DNA of 64,000 bases, taken from Lama glama. Its lineage: Eukaryota. Made by a program: the position numbers and the translations under genes. Below the pieces are notes generated by a model, which was given only the letters and a program-made list of their open reading frames with translations, did no database searches and was not told where the DNA came from. The stretch is from the NCBI GenBank assembly GCA_028534125.1, contig CM052816.1, positions 97,652,001-97,716,000 of the forward strand. The letters are read 5' to 3'. Positions 37,412 to 49,329 of the stretch are shown here, piece after piece; the stretch's first letter is position 1, and each line of letters opens with the position of its first letter.

Positions 37412-39314
37412 GGGCTCGAGTGAGCTCGCTTCTCTCTCAGCCTGTTCCTGGCGGTGTGGTAAGCACGCGTGGACTCTTGAATGTCCCCATAGATGGGGAG
37501 CTTTTCAGCGGAGAGGCTGTATCCCTCCGTCTTGTCCCTGTAGACACCGCAGAGTCTCCCCTCGGATGCCAGCCCCGCCCCATTCTGTGCCCACCTTCCC
37601 GCATTCATCTGCGCAAAACCTCTGTGCTGTTTGTGGTCCTACCTGGTGTCCGCAGCCTGTTGTTTGAGGGCCTACACCTCCTCTCTCATGCCCAGGTCAG
37701 TGGCCAGTGCCTGGCGGGCGTCCAGCAGTGACGGATGACAGATGACGGCGGAACAGGAGCCTGAGAAAGCAATTCAGCAGCGACTCCCAAAGCAGAAAGG
37801 TGGCTGGGCAGGGCTCTCTCTTTCCTTCTCATCCAGGCTGAGAAATGAATTTGGTGCGTCTGAGATTTTGTTCAGGTGACTGGGGAATGATACACAGCGA
37901 GGAGGCACCCCCTCGCACCCCCCTCTGGATGGTAGCAGGCTGGGACGGTTCCTGTAAATATGCCAATTACACCTAAGGCGGAGCCTGACGGGTGTCGGGA
38001 CCTTCGGGGTCAAACCCCGGAAACCCGTGCCGGTGTTACTGCCCCCGCCCATCAGGGGACCACGACAATACTCACCGCCACTTGTCAGAGGGGTGACGCC
38101 TGCTTGGAAGCAAGAGGAAGCAAGTAGCTCTGTGAGATGGGAAGTTTGGTTTTACCCTTTGGCTCATGAATGTGTTCTGGAAAAGGCAAAATTACACATG
38201 TTGGAAATATGGAGCCGCAAACGGCCACACACCTGAGTAAAGCTTCTCCAAGATTTGGTGAGAAACGCCCCAGTCTGGGTGAACACGTGATATTTGTAGT
38301 TTGAGGCAGTCCTCAGAGAGAGGAGTTTGGAGACCATTTAACCAGGCAGCCTCGGCTCCCCTGCAGTGTTTTTTCTGAACACATGCCCGCTCTTACCCCG
38401 TGCATGCTTATTATGAGTCAGTCTGTGTTTCTTGATTCTTGTTTTTAGCATTTCCTTCCCACATTGACTATTGTTTTTCCTCTATTACTTGCAGTAAATA
38501 CACCCCGAGTTTCCATACATATTCACCCCACGCCTACTGCTCCCATCTTCTCTGGGGAGTCACCTGTCATCTCTGAAGTATTGTTATTGTCACTTTCTGT
38601 TTTCCTGTAACCTGGCATAAGGTGTTTCATACGGTACGTGATGCATTGCTGTGCAGCAGTGAGACATCAGGAGAGGTGGAAACGAGGCGCTGTGTGCCTG
38701 TTTTAGAACAGGGAAAAAGTTGATTATACCCTTGGAAACTAAGAATCATCATTTACTGTGTTCTGCTGCTCATGAATGTATTGCAGATCAGGAGCTGAAG
38801 GCAAACATGGGGAAATTAACCCAAACTGAGCTTCCGTACATTGTCTGTAGTTTGAAAGAAGCTTCTTTGGAGGAGAAAGTCATAAACCACCATTACTAGA
38901 TGCTCTTTTTGGCAGACTTTAATTATTCTCCTGACTGCTTCCTGTCTTTTTTAACGATCTCCATCACAGACAGCTAATTCAGTCTTCCCTGAATTACCGA
39001 GTGGAGGGACCTGCCGCTGGGATGCGGAATTCTTCACATGTGTCTGCTGTTCCCCGGAGGCCTGAGATGTCAAATGATTGCAGAGTGTCATCAGCAACTC
39101 TGGCAAATGGGCCCACGGTTTGGAAGTAAAGTGGGCAAAGCATTCTACAAAAGGTAAGGACTGTGACAGTGTTAGTCTGAACAGAAACACCAAAAATTGA
39201 AAAAAATATGTGGCAGCTATATAACTATATAAAATATAACTAAGGTTTCACTGTCTCCCAACACTGTGACTACTTGGTGAGACTTAAGAAACATGAAGAT
39301 TCATAACATGTCTT

Positions 39315-40750
39315 TTCATCACATATATACAGTATATATTATATATATTCACCACATCGTCTCAATCAATTCATCTGTTCATGGACACTTAAGTTGCTTC
39401 CATATCTTGGCAATTATAAATAATGCTGCTCTGAACATTGGGGTGCATGTATCTTTTTGAACTAATGTTTTCATTTTCTTTGGATATACACCCAGAAGTT
39501 GATGTGCTGGTCATATGGTAATTCTGTTTTTAGATTTTGGGGAAACTCCATTACTGTTTCCCACAGTGGCTGCACCAATTTACATTCCCACCAACAATGT
39601 ACTGGCTTCCCTTCTCTCCACATCCTTGCCAACATTTATTATTCATATTCTTTTTGATGATGGCCATTCTGATAGGTGTGAGGTGATAGGTAATTGTGGT
39701 TTTAATTTGTATTTCTCTGATGATCAACAATGTTGAGTATCTTTTTATGTGCCTATTGGCCACCTGCATGTCTTCTCTGGAAAAATGTCTATTCTGGTCT
39801 TGCCCTTTTTTAATCAGGTTGTCTGATTTTTGATGTAAGTTGTATGAGCTGTTTATATATGTTGGATATTAACCACTTATTGGTCATAATATTTGCAAAT
39901 ATTTTCTGCCATTCAGTAGGCTGTCTTTTTGTCTTGTTGATGGTTTCCTTTGCTGTGCAAATGCTTTTAAGCTTCATTAGGTCCTGTTTGTTTATTTTCC
40001 CTTTAATTTTACATGCCTTAGAAGATGGTACCAAAAAAATATTGCTACGATTTATGTCAAAGGGGGTCCTGCCTTTATATTCTTTTAGGAGTTTTATGGT
40101 TTCTGGCCTTACATTTAGGTCTTTAGTCCATTTTGAGTTTATTTTTGTGTATAACGTGAGAAAAAGTTCTAATTTCATGCTTTTACATCTAGCTGTCTCG
40201 TTTTCCCCTTGCCACTTACTGAGAGACTTGTCTTTTCTCCATTGTATATTGTTGCCTCCTTTGTCATCAATTGTTGACCAGAGGTGTGTGGGCTTATTTC
40301 TGGACTCTATTCTATTCTATTGATCAGCCATAAAAACAAATGAAATTCTGCAATTTGCAACAATGGGAATAAATCTGGAGGGTATTATGCTAAGCGAAAT
40401 AAGTCAGTCAGAGAAAGACAATCACTCTATGCTATCACTTACATGTGGAATCTAAAAAATAAAACGAATGAATATTACAAAGCAGAAACAGATTCACAGA
40501 TAAACAGAGAACAACTTATTGGTTACAAGTAGGAAGACAGAAGGGGGAGGGGCAAGCTGGGGTAGAGAATTGAGAGGCACAAACTACTATGTATAAAATA
40601 AATAAGCTACAAAATACATTGTACAACACAGGGAATATCGCCAATATTTTATAATAATTTTAAATGGAGTATAATCTATAAAAATATTAAATGACATGTT
40701 GCACACCTGAAACTAATATAATATTGTAAATCAACTATCCTTCAATTAAA
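39315..40750 (+). mobile_element. 5'-inverted (twin-primed) L1 insertion
   Basis: 39315-40322 is antisense L1 ORF2 (minus ORFs 39810-40178 and 39551-39769); 40324-40750 is the sense 3' end continuing from where the antisense piece stops; TSD aacatgtctt/aaaatgtctt. Confidence 0.9.
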
Positions 40751-41553
40751 AAAATGTCTTCCCTCAGAATTTACTTTCCATCTGAAAACACTGGGCTTAT
40801 TATGCAACTGACCACAGAGATTGCTTCCACTGAGAACAGCAAGAAAAACAAGACTGTTTTCATAGAATATTACCAATAAGAAAACACTAATTCTACATCC
40901 AAAAAAATCATCTTTTTTTGGTCATGACTTTATTTCAGTGTGATAGTAAAATAGTATTGAAAATAGATGTAAGACTATCAAAAAATTTCCCTAATTGTAG
41001 GCAAAAAGACCACATTGGGGTTCTCAAATTTAAAACTGTTTCCCCAAATTTTAATCTTTCCTAAACTTGGCTCTATGCCACTGTATTTCCAAATTCATGG
41101 GTTCCTGCCAGCCCTTCTCAAATATTATTTTTAAGAGATTTGGGGCTTTCTGTACTTAAATTAATGATGACTGAAAGCAGACTCAAACTGCCAGGAGAGT
41201 GGTGATGGATGCTGGTGCTCATAGTGTTTCCTCTTTGGATGGTGCTGAAAGTTCTACTGTTTCCAAAGAGGGTAGACAAACTGTCTGAACTGATTCTTCT
41301 AAACGTTTTTGAAAAGAAAAAAAGTTTTCGTAGAACCATGGCTCTGATCGGGAGTATGTCAACGGATGCCTCTCCAGAACTTGAGGACGGTTTATTTTAT
41401 TAAGTAAGTTAAATATAACTTCCAAGTTATTGTTTCAACTATTAAGCTATTTAGCCAACTTTTTCATTCTTGATAGTTTAAGCATTAACATAATCTTTTT
41501 CTGCAAGTGCTCAAAATTTAACTTAAGGTGGTCTCAGGTAGTAAGGTACTATA

Positions 41554-41650
41554 TGTAAAGGTTTTTCTTCAGAGAAACCATCTAAATTCACAGCTAAAGC
41601 ATGGAAGCAAAACCAGCAAACCTGGGCTTCACACTGACATTTACGTTCCT
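41554..41650 (+). repeat. Dispersed direct repeat, copy 1 (~97 bp)
   Basis: Matches 42824-42918 with 4 substitutions and 2 single-base indels by manual alignment. Confidence 0.95.
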
Positions 41651-42630
41651 GATCTTAAAAATACAATGATTTATTGAAAAATATGATGATTAAATGCTAA
41701 CCATGCTTTAGAAACTTGGGCAAACATCAGGTGCGTATTCTTTTTGCTTTTAAAAGGATGAGGATCAACAAGGATATAAAACTATATAACAGAGGCTTGC
41801 CTGTGACCTTGACAGACAGAGAAAAATACTTTCAAGGGGATTATTAAGGGGTGAATCCCTTTCATGAGAATGTATCAGGCTGTACCACACACAGAGGCAA
41901 TTCAGCCCCGAGCTGTCCATCATCTCATGATGCCATTTGACCCTCCCTCTTATGATGCCTTTTGACCCACAGCCTTGCAGTCAGCCTGCAGCAAAGGCGG
42001 ACATTCCTGAATAGATATATCAAAGTCTCAGTTCATTCTAAACAGAGGGAAGCCCCTCATAATTTAGAAACAGTTTCTAGTTTAAGCCATTGTGACGTTT
42101 CACTAGGACATTACTTTCCATTTGTCTGGCCTGAAAAGGGTTGTTAAAAATGTAAATCACCAAATTACCTAGAACATTCCAAGCTCATCCAAATAGCTAA
42201 CTTCTTTTCTGATGGAGTAAATACCCTGCAATAGGCAGCACATACATTTGTTAAAATGATGTTGTGTGCACGGATACCATAGGGGGCGATTCTTTTCAGA
42301 TTTCATTGCACGATTACTGTTATAACACTAGCAGAAATACAGTGATTTAAAATCACTTATAGTAGTGACACCAGGGAAACCAGTTCACTGTCACCACTTG
42401 GAATTTTTGAAATCAATTAAAACAGTGAAGCCTAACACTTACTGGGGGAAATAGCCTTCAAGTACATTTCAAGTACTAAGTCCATACGCATTTCAAGGAG
42501 CAGCTGGACCTCCCCATCGCAGAGATGGAGACAGCTTATGGAAGATCAACTTTTCAGACAAGAACTAACCAAAGGCCTGATAAAATTGAAAGTATGTTAC
42601 ATAAGAATGTTTTCCTTCATTGGGCATCTT

Positions 42631-42688
42631 TTGTTTTTTTTAATTGAAGTACAGTCAATTACAATGTGTCAATCTCTGGTGTACAGCA
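42631..42688 (-). mobile_element. Very short L1 3' tail
   Basis: tttttttaattgaagtacagtcaattacaatgtgtcaatctctggtgtacagca, flanked by catctt on both sides. Confidence 0.75.
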
Positions 42689-42823
42689 CATCTTAAAGGA
42701 AAGAGCAGTCTCTGCAAGATGATCAGAATATGATGGAAAAAAAAGAGAGAGAGAGAAACTGAAATCTGAGCCAAGTGGTTTCTCTGCAGTAAGATCCTAT
42801 GAGTCTAAAATTCCATGGTCGTC

Positions 42824-42918
42824 TGTAAGGCTTTTCTTCAGAGAAACCATCTGAATTCACAGCTAAAGATGGAAGCAAAACCAGCAAACCTGGGCTTCAC
42901 GCTGACATTTAAGTTCCT
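42824..42918 (+). repeat. Dispersed direct repeat, copy 2
   Basis: See copy 1 at 41554-41650; its right end overlaps a 13-bp hairpin at 42901-42929. Confidence 0.95.
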
Positions 42919-45229
42919 TGAATGTCAGCTTTCCCTACAGCCGGAGATGGGGAGATGAAACCTGCTGCTTTTTACTTTCTAACACATCGTTTACGGAAAG
43001 CCTCTGAACCCGTAAGGAAAGGTCAGCTCCTGCAGGCTAGAAGCGTCAGCAAGTATCATTATCACACAAAACAGTAACCTGTAAATTAGTCAAAGAGTTT
43101 TTCCCCCAAAGAGAATTCAAAATAAACAAAAAACTAAAAAATTGTCTTTTGAAGTACTTTATGAACCAAATAAATTTTCTAGATTCACCCATGTCTGCAT
43201 CCACATGGACGCAAATAAAGTCAGTGTGCACTGATGAACAATTAACGTGAGATTGATTCCCTTTCCTATTGCCCAGTCCTGACTCTGCTGTGCTAAGCAG
43301 CAAAATCAACATTCAATTCACACACTTCCAATCGGACCATTTTATGATTAGCAGATTATAAGCCCAGAAAATTACTGTTAAAAATGTGGAGCATAGGACA
43401 AAGAAGCCGGCTGACTGCAAGGGTTTTTTTCTTTCTCCTTAAGGAAAGAATTTCTACTTATAAATTGGGTTTTCAAAATTTACCGAAATAAAAAAATAAA
43501 ATTGCACATTCCTTTCCCAGATAGATCTTTGACTAAGTTAACTAAATATAGGATTTTTTTGAAAAGAGAAACATTTTACAAATGTTCAAATTAGACGTGA
43601 TGCTTTAAGAGTACTTGGAGCACTGTTTGACCAAAGCCGTAATGGCGTTTATTCATGTGAAGTGTCTCAGGAGGAAACGAAAATGCAGACTCACGGTAGG
43701 GGATCTTGTGCCCAAGGGTGGTCCTTACCCAACATCAGGTGCAGAAATTTCTGCCTGGCTGACTCCGGAAAATGGAAAAAGAGGAGTGATTTCTTTCACT
43801 TCTCCTTCATTCTCCTTTGGTCTTGCTTTTTTCTAAGTTTTGGCAGATCCCTCTGGGTGCCCAAAGTCCTATTCTGTTCCCTGACTCCCATCCTTTCCAT
43901 CAGCATGGTGCCTGTTTATCCAGACTAGAAGTATCCAAACAGGATCTGACCCCTTTGGCCCATTAAAAAGAAGAGAAAACAACATGGAAGCCTTACCTTT
44001 CCTGTGATCCGATTTTTCAGAGTAACATTTAATAACAGAAGCAAATTTCAATAAATCACCAACCTCCTTTGTATTAAACTTCCATCCAAGGATGGCACCG
44101 TATCAACGGTACTTGAGGCCCCTCACCCCAGACGCCTCAGGGCCAGACCCCATTCTCTGGACTCTGTCTCTTTAACTGCATTAAAAAGTTCCCCAGACCT
44201 TCATCAGGCTCTGTCACCTGCTATTGTGCCTCCCCAGTCACCTCTCCATCTTTCTGATTTACTCCAAATTCAATGAAGAGTTTCAAGTTTGGCTCAGACT
44301 CCCTTTTTCCTCCCTACGCCCAATTATCTTCCAGAATAACTTCAATGCCATTTAGAAAGCCCATGCAATATGCTTGCCTCCAAGGTTTTTTTTTTTTTTT
44401 CCACTTTTCTGGCTCCAATGATCTTCTTTTTCATTTTACTGCAGTGACTAGTTCCCACGGTCACACCTGGATCTCACCATCACTTGGAAATTCTTCACGT
44501 CTGAGCACCAGAAGTTCGAGACATCACATCCCAACTTCCTCCTCCTGACTGCTGTCCTTCCTGCTGCATTTGTGAGACAGTCAGTCATCAAACCCCTCGC
44601 CTTCACTTTCCTTCTTACCCAACCTCCACCTCGCAGGGCCAATACCTTCAGGTGATTCTTTCACGTCCTTTTCCTAACAAATGCTGCACCTGGGCCAATC
44701 CTAGTCTCCTATTCAGGAGGCCGAGCCCTGTCACAGAGAATGGCTGAGTCCAGGATGTGGTCTCTCTGCCTGCAATGCTGTGTGTCAGGTCAGTCCTGCT
44801 TTCTAGGGACATCGCCCTCCCTAATTCCCTTTGTTCATTCATAACCTTTATCTTGAATTTTCTCCAAAGTAATCAGTTCGTAAATCTATTCACTCACCTA
44901 ATAGCCTATCTGTTTTTCCATCTTTTATCCCATTTCCTCAGTTGTTTGTTCAAAAGTGTCTACAACGTGCTACATCATATATTAGGTAACGGGGTCAACA
45001 GACCCACAGCAGCGAGTACTTAGGAAGCTCGTGGTGCAGCACGAGAGACAAGCATCCACAGTCACAACGTCATGTGTCAGGGGCTTTTTGTGACGTTGGT
45101 GGAAGGAGGCACTTGCAAAGAATGGGTATCTCTCTGCATGTTGCGATTATAGTTGCTTTTCAGCTTTTGCTTTGTGCTTATTTGTATTTATTATAGAATA
45201 TGTCAACTGAATATGGATTACTAAGAAAA

Positions 45230-45372
45230 GTGAATATAGCCAATGTTTTATGATAATTACAAATGGAGTATAAACTTTAAAAATTGTGAATCAGTATATT
45301 GTGTACTTGTAACTTACATACTATTGTACATCAACTATACTCAATACAAAATAAACATAAATAAATACATAA
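45230..45372 (+). mobile_element. L1 3' tail fragment
   Basis: gaatatagccaatgttttatgataattacaaatggagtataaactttaaaaattgtgaatca...tcaactatactcaatacaaaataaa. Confidence 0.8.
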
Positions 45373-45378
45373 GAAGAG

Positions 45379-45750
45379 TGGTATCAGTCGGGCTCTCCAA
45401 AGAAACAGAACCAATAGGGTATTTCTTAAGGAACAGACCCATGCAACTGTGGAGGCTGGAATGTCCAAAATTTGCAGGGTAGACCAGCAGTCTAGAAATT
45501 CAGACAGAATTCCCATGTTAAAATCTTGAGGCTAAATTCTTTCTTCTTCAGGAAATCTCAGTTTTTGACCTTAAGCTCTTCAACTGATTAGGTGAGTCCC
45601 ACCCACATTAGTGAGAGTATCTCCTTTCCTTAAAGTCAACTGATTAGAGGTGCTGGTCGCATCAACAAAATACCTTCACGGCAATAGCTAGACAAGCATT
45701 TGACCAAACAATAGCTTAGCCAAGTTGACACAGAAAACTTAACTACCACA
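45379..45750 (-). mobile_element. MLT2-type (ERVL) solo LTR
   Basis: gtcgggctctccaaagaaacagaaccaatagg at one end and tagccaagttgacacagaaaacttaactaccaca at the other. Confidence 0.85.
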
Positions 45751-45753
45751 GGA

Positions 45754-46142
45754 TGTTATGAACTGAACTGTGTCCCTGCAAAAGTTATATGCTGAGGTCC
45801 TAGTCCCCTGCATGTGACTATGTTTAAAGATAAGGCCCCTAAAGAGGTGATCAAGGTTAGGTGAGGTCAGAAGAGTGGAGCCTTGATCTGGCAGGACTGC
45901 TGCCCATATAGGCAGAGGTAGACGTGCCAGAGATACCTCTCCACACGCACACGGAGAAGAGACTAAGTGAGGACACAGCGAAAGGTGGACATCTGCAAGC
46001 CAGGAGGCGGGTTCTTACCAGGAACCACCTTTGATGCAACTTGATCTGGACTTGCAGCCTCCAGAAATGTGAGGAAATAAACTTCTGTTGTTAAAGCCAG
46101 CCAGCCCGAGGTATTTTACATCAGCCTTCACAGACTAATACA
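45754..46142 (+). mobile_element. MaLR solo LTR (MLT1B-like)
   Basis: tgttatgaactgaactgtgtccc...aataaacttctgttgttaaagcca...cagactaataca; TG...CA termini. Confidence 0.9.
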
Positions 46143-46359
46143 CAGTCTTTATTAAAAAAGAAAGGGGGGGGGGCAAGTTATCAAAGACAATGACCAACAA
46201 TACACAGTAATTTTCAGACGTGGCTGTATATAAGATCACTGAGGGAACTCGTACAAGTGTAGCTCCCAAACCCAAGCCCTGGAGATTCTCATTCAGCAGC
46301 TGAGGGGTGGAGAAGTGCTGTGGGTCCAGGAAGAGGACACCCATACCCGCTGTCTAGGG

Positions 46360-47172
46360 CAGTGGTCTCAGAGCAGATATGCAGCCGTGAGGGTCTGCGA
46401 GATGGGACGCTGGAGGAAAGAAGAAATCTTACAATTTCTATTTCTATATTGTATGTTTCTATCTAAAAAGTTGGAATTTGGGGCTGAATGACATTTAATA
46501 CGTGGTTTGACACTTGTGCCCCCTTCAGCCCACTCTCAGATGAGCGCATACAACATGTGCGCAGAGGCAGGGCACTGCGAGGACGGGGTGAGGTCCCCCC
46601 TTGACGAGTTAACCTCCTCACTCCATTGCTCACCCTCACAGACGCTGCTCATGATGCTGTATGTGTGGACAACTCACAGCGGCAGATAGACTTGTGGGTT
46701 TAATCCAGTCCCAGCTAAGTAGACCTGCACAAAATGGAGAGCTGGCTTTAGAAGATTCCAGGAGAGAAAGAATTTACTAAGCATGAAGCTTACCGTGCAA
46801 GCAGAGGTGGCCAGCAGCGGGAGGGCAGGCTTCCTGCTGGGCCGTTATCGGTCTTCGGAAGAGGCAAAGGATGACAGTCTAATCAGGTTTGATAAGAGTC
46901 ACAACAAAACACTCAGAATTATTCAAAGACTAACAGCACTGCAGGTTTATATGTACCACATTAGCAGTCCTACTGTGCACAGAGGTATTAGCAAAAGATA
47001 GTTGGAAGCTGTGGTGGTGATTTACAAGAATTTAGAAATACATATCCACTTGATCTTTAATGTAAGATTTTGCATTTCTCTTTTAGGATACATTTCGTGT
47101 TACGTACAATACGCCAGCACACGAGTGCACATTGAGTCTACCAGCTGCTGCTGAGAACCAGACCAACCACAG
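46360..47172 (+). mobile_element. hAT-Charlie (Charlie7-like) deletion derivative with decayed transposase 5' end
   Basis: Begins cagtggtctca; aaaatggagagctggctttagaagattcc...gatgacagtctaatcaggtttgataag...gaggtattagcaaaagatag resembles a Charlie transposase N-terminus from memory. Confidence 0.6.
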
Positions 47173-49329
47173 GCCTGGGGACCTTAGCAATGGCAATCTC
47201 GGTGGGATTGCTGGGTCAACGTTTTGCTTGACACACACTCAACTGAGAATGAGGGGTGACAAGAAGAGACACCCCTTCTTGGCAAGTTTGCTCTAAAAGG
47301 TCACAGTGAAATGAATTAGTAGCTAGAGGGGCAATTATGCCTGGAGAAGGATGCTTTAAAGGAAAAAAAAATCCAGCATTTTTGCAAGCTGATGCAAATG
47401 ACCCTGTAAAAATTAAAATCGGATTATGTAAGATGCAAAGGGAGTAATTTCGGGGACAAAATTCCAGAATAAGGATGAGTCCTTTTAGGATGGATGTGAT
47501 TTGAAAAACAAATCCTTATGCAAAAACCTAAGCACCGAAGTGCTCTCCTGCATTCTGCAGTGTGCGGGGTTGCCCTCGGACCAGCGGTCCGGGAGCCAGC
47601 CGTTCTCCAACTTGCCTGCCCGTATCTTGCTGACTTGGCCAACAGAGGCAGTTCAAGGTGTAAGAAGGCACAGAAAAAGGACTTCATGAAACTGCCTCAA
47701 CCCTTCTAAGTGAAAACACCAGGGCGCACAGCAAAGACCTTTGCGAGCCTACAGCCTGCTCAGCCTGCTTCTTTCCCACTTACTGGACTTGCAGACTCTC
47801 TGCTCATCCAAGCTCTTCTCATGACTGTTTTCCAGGATTTTTCACTTTCTGCACAAACACAAAGAGTTCTTCTAGTTAAAGCACATAAAAGGCCAGAAGC
47901 GCTCCGAGTTAAGGCAGCGTGTTGAACAGCTCTCTCTGGCACTGTGAGAGCTATTAATTGTGGCCGAGAAAACACAAGTTATGTAAGCTCCCTGCTATCA
48001 CACCTTCTTCCCGTTACCACCACGGGACTACCTCGCCAGGAGGTGAGCTAGGATTTGGAAGAGTCCCTTCCGATTCAGGGAAGGGGCGCGACCGATTTAG
48101 GGAAAAGGAACATGCAGAACGTACCCCCATAAAGTCTCCAAAGAGGGTTCGCCCTTGAAGGCCACATTTGATGGGCTCCACTTTGCTAAAAGCAATTCTT
48201 GGCTTGGTGAGGAAGAGGTGTGACATGGGGCAGCATGACATCAGTGTTACCAACAGGAGCGACAGCTGACGTGTCCCCTCCGCACTGGGTTGTCTGGCTT
48301 TCAGACCAAGCGCATCAGGTTTTTATTGGGCCTCTCTTTATCCGCTCACATCCACTTTCCTTTTCAGGGAACTCTGTCTGGAAAGACTTACATATCACCA
48401 ATGACCTGCATGTCTTTTTTATCGTGCACCCAAGAACCAGTTGGTTTGTGGTGAGAAGGGACATGATTAAAAAGCTATAAATACACTGAAATTCCCTTCT
48501 GTTATTAACTTTCTCCTTCACACTTAAATTTTGAGGAAGAAATTTGTATCATGATTGTTAACAGATAGGTGCCTTGATCTTCAATCCACAAGAATTGCCA
48601 GTGAGCTGCAGCGCTGACTTACAGAAACCTGAAAATCACACGAAGGAAGAGATCGGGTGGCGCCAGATGACACCACAGAGTGGACGGAGCTATGAATTGT
48701 GAAGAATCAGATACTTCAGCCTTCCACGAAGGGGAAGAAGTTTTTATCTTAGTCATGCAAACACCTAGTGATTTATTTCGCATTCAAACCAGCAAGGCAT
48801 AGCAAGGCCGAAAATGGAAGCTACTTTCAGATTCCATGGGCATCTATTTAGCTGGTACCTAAAAGAGCAAAGCACTTCACACAAAATAATAAAAATAGGA
48901 CATGAGTCATCCTACCACAACACTTGTTCATTGTAGGTAAGAAAAATCCAGCAAGCCAAATTTTGCAGCCTTTTGTTTCTTGGGGAAAGTAATTCTATTT
49001 GTTTCATTCCATTAAAGTGCCATCTCAATGTATAGGTTTAGGCCAAACTGCAAAGTTCATATTAACTTCATTGTTCTTAAACATCATCTGATCTTGACAT
49101 CATTTTGTATTTAGTCGCATACCAATGAGATATGCTCTAAGGTATGAGTAAATTTTAGAAGCTAACAGCTCTAAACCTTTACCACTATTCCTGTTAACAT
49201 TTTTTTTCTAGCTATATTTTAGATAAAGTGAGAATTTACTGGTGGTTTTACTATTTGATGTACTTGATTCATTCGGTGCTGCCCAAACCTGCCAGCAAGT
49301 GCTTGCTTGTTTAATGTATTTCATTTTCT

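Noticed and set aside
38787..38899. Possible terminal coding exon (QELKANMGKLTQTELPYIVCSLKEASLEEKVINHHY*)
   Set aside because: Weak acceptor, no upstream partner exon and no recognised homolog.
41118..41425. Three overlapping short ORFs with protein-like composition
   Set aside because: No recognisable homology, splice context or transposase motif that I could confirm; left unassigned.
46720..47050. Domesticated hAT transposase gene
   Set aside because: Only a frameshifted N-terminal remnant inside a short deletion derivative; no catalytic domain or long frame.
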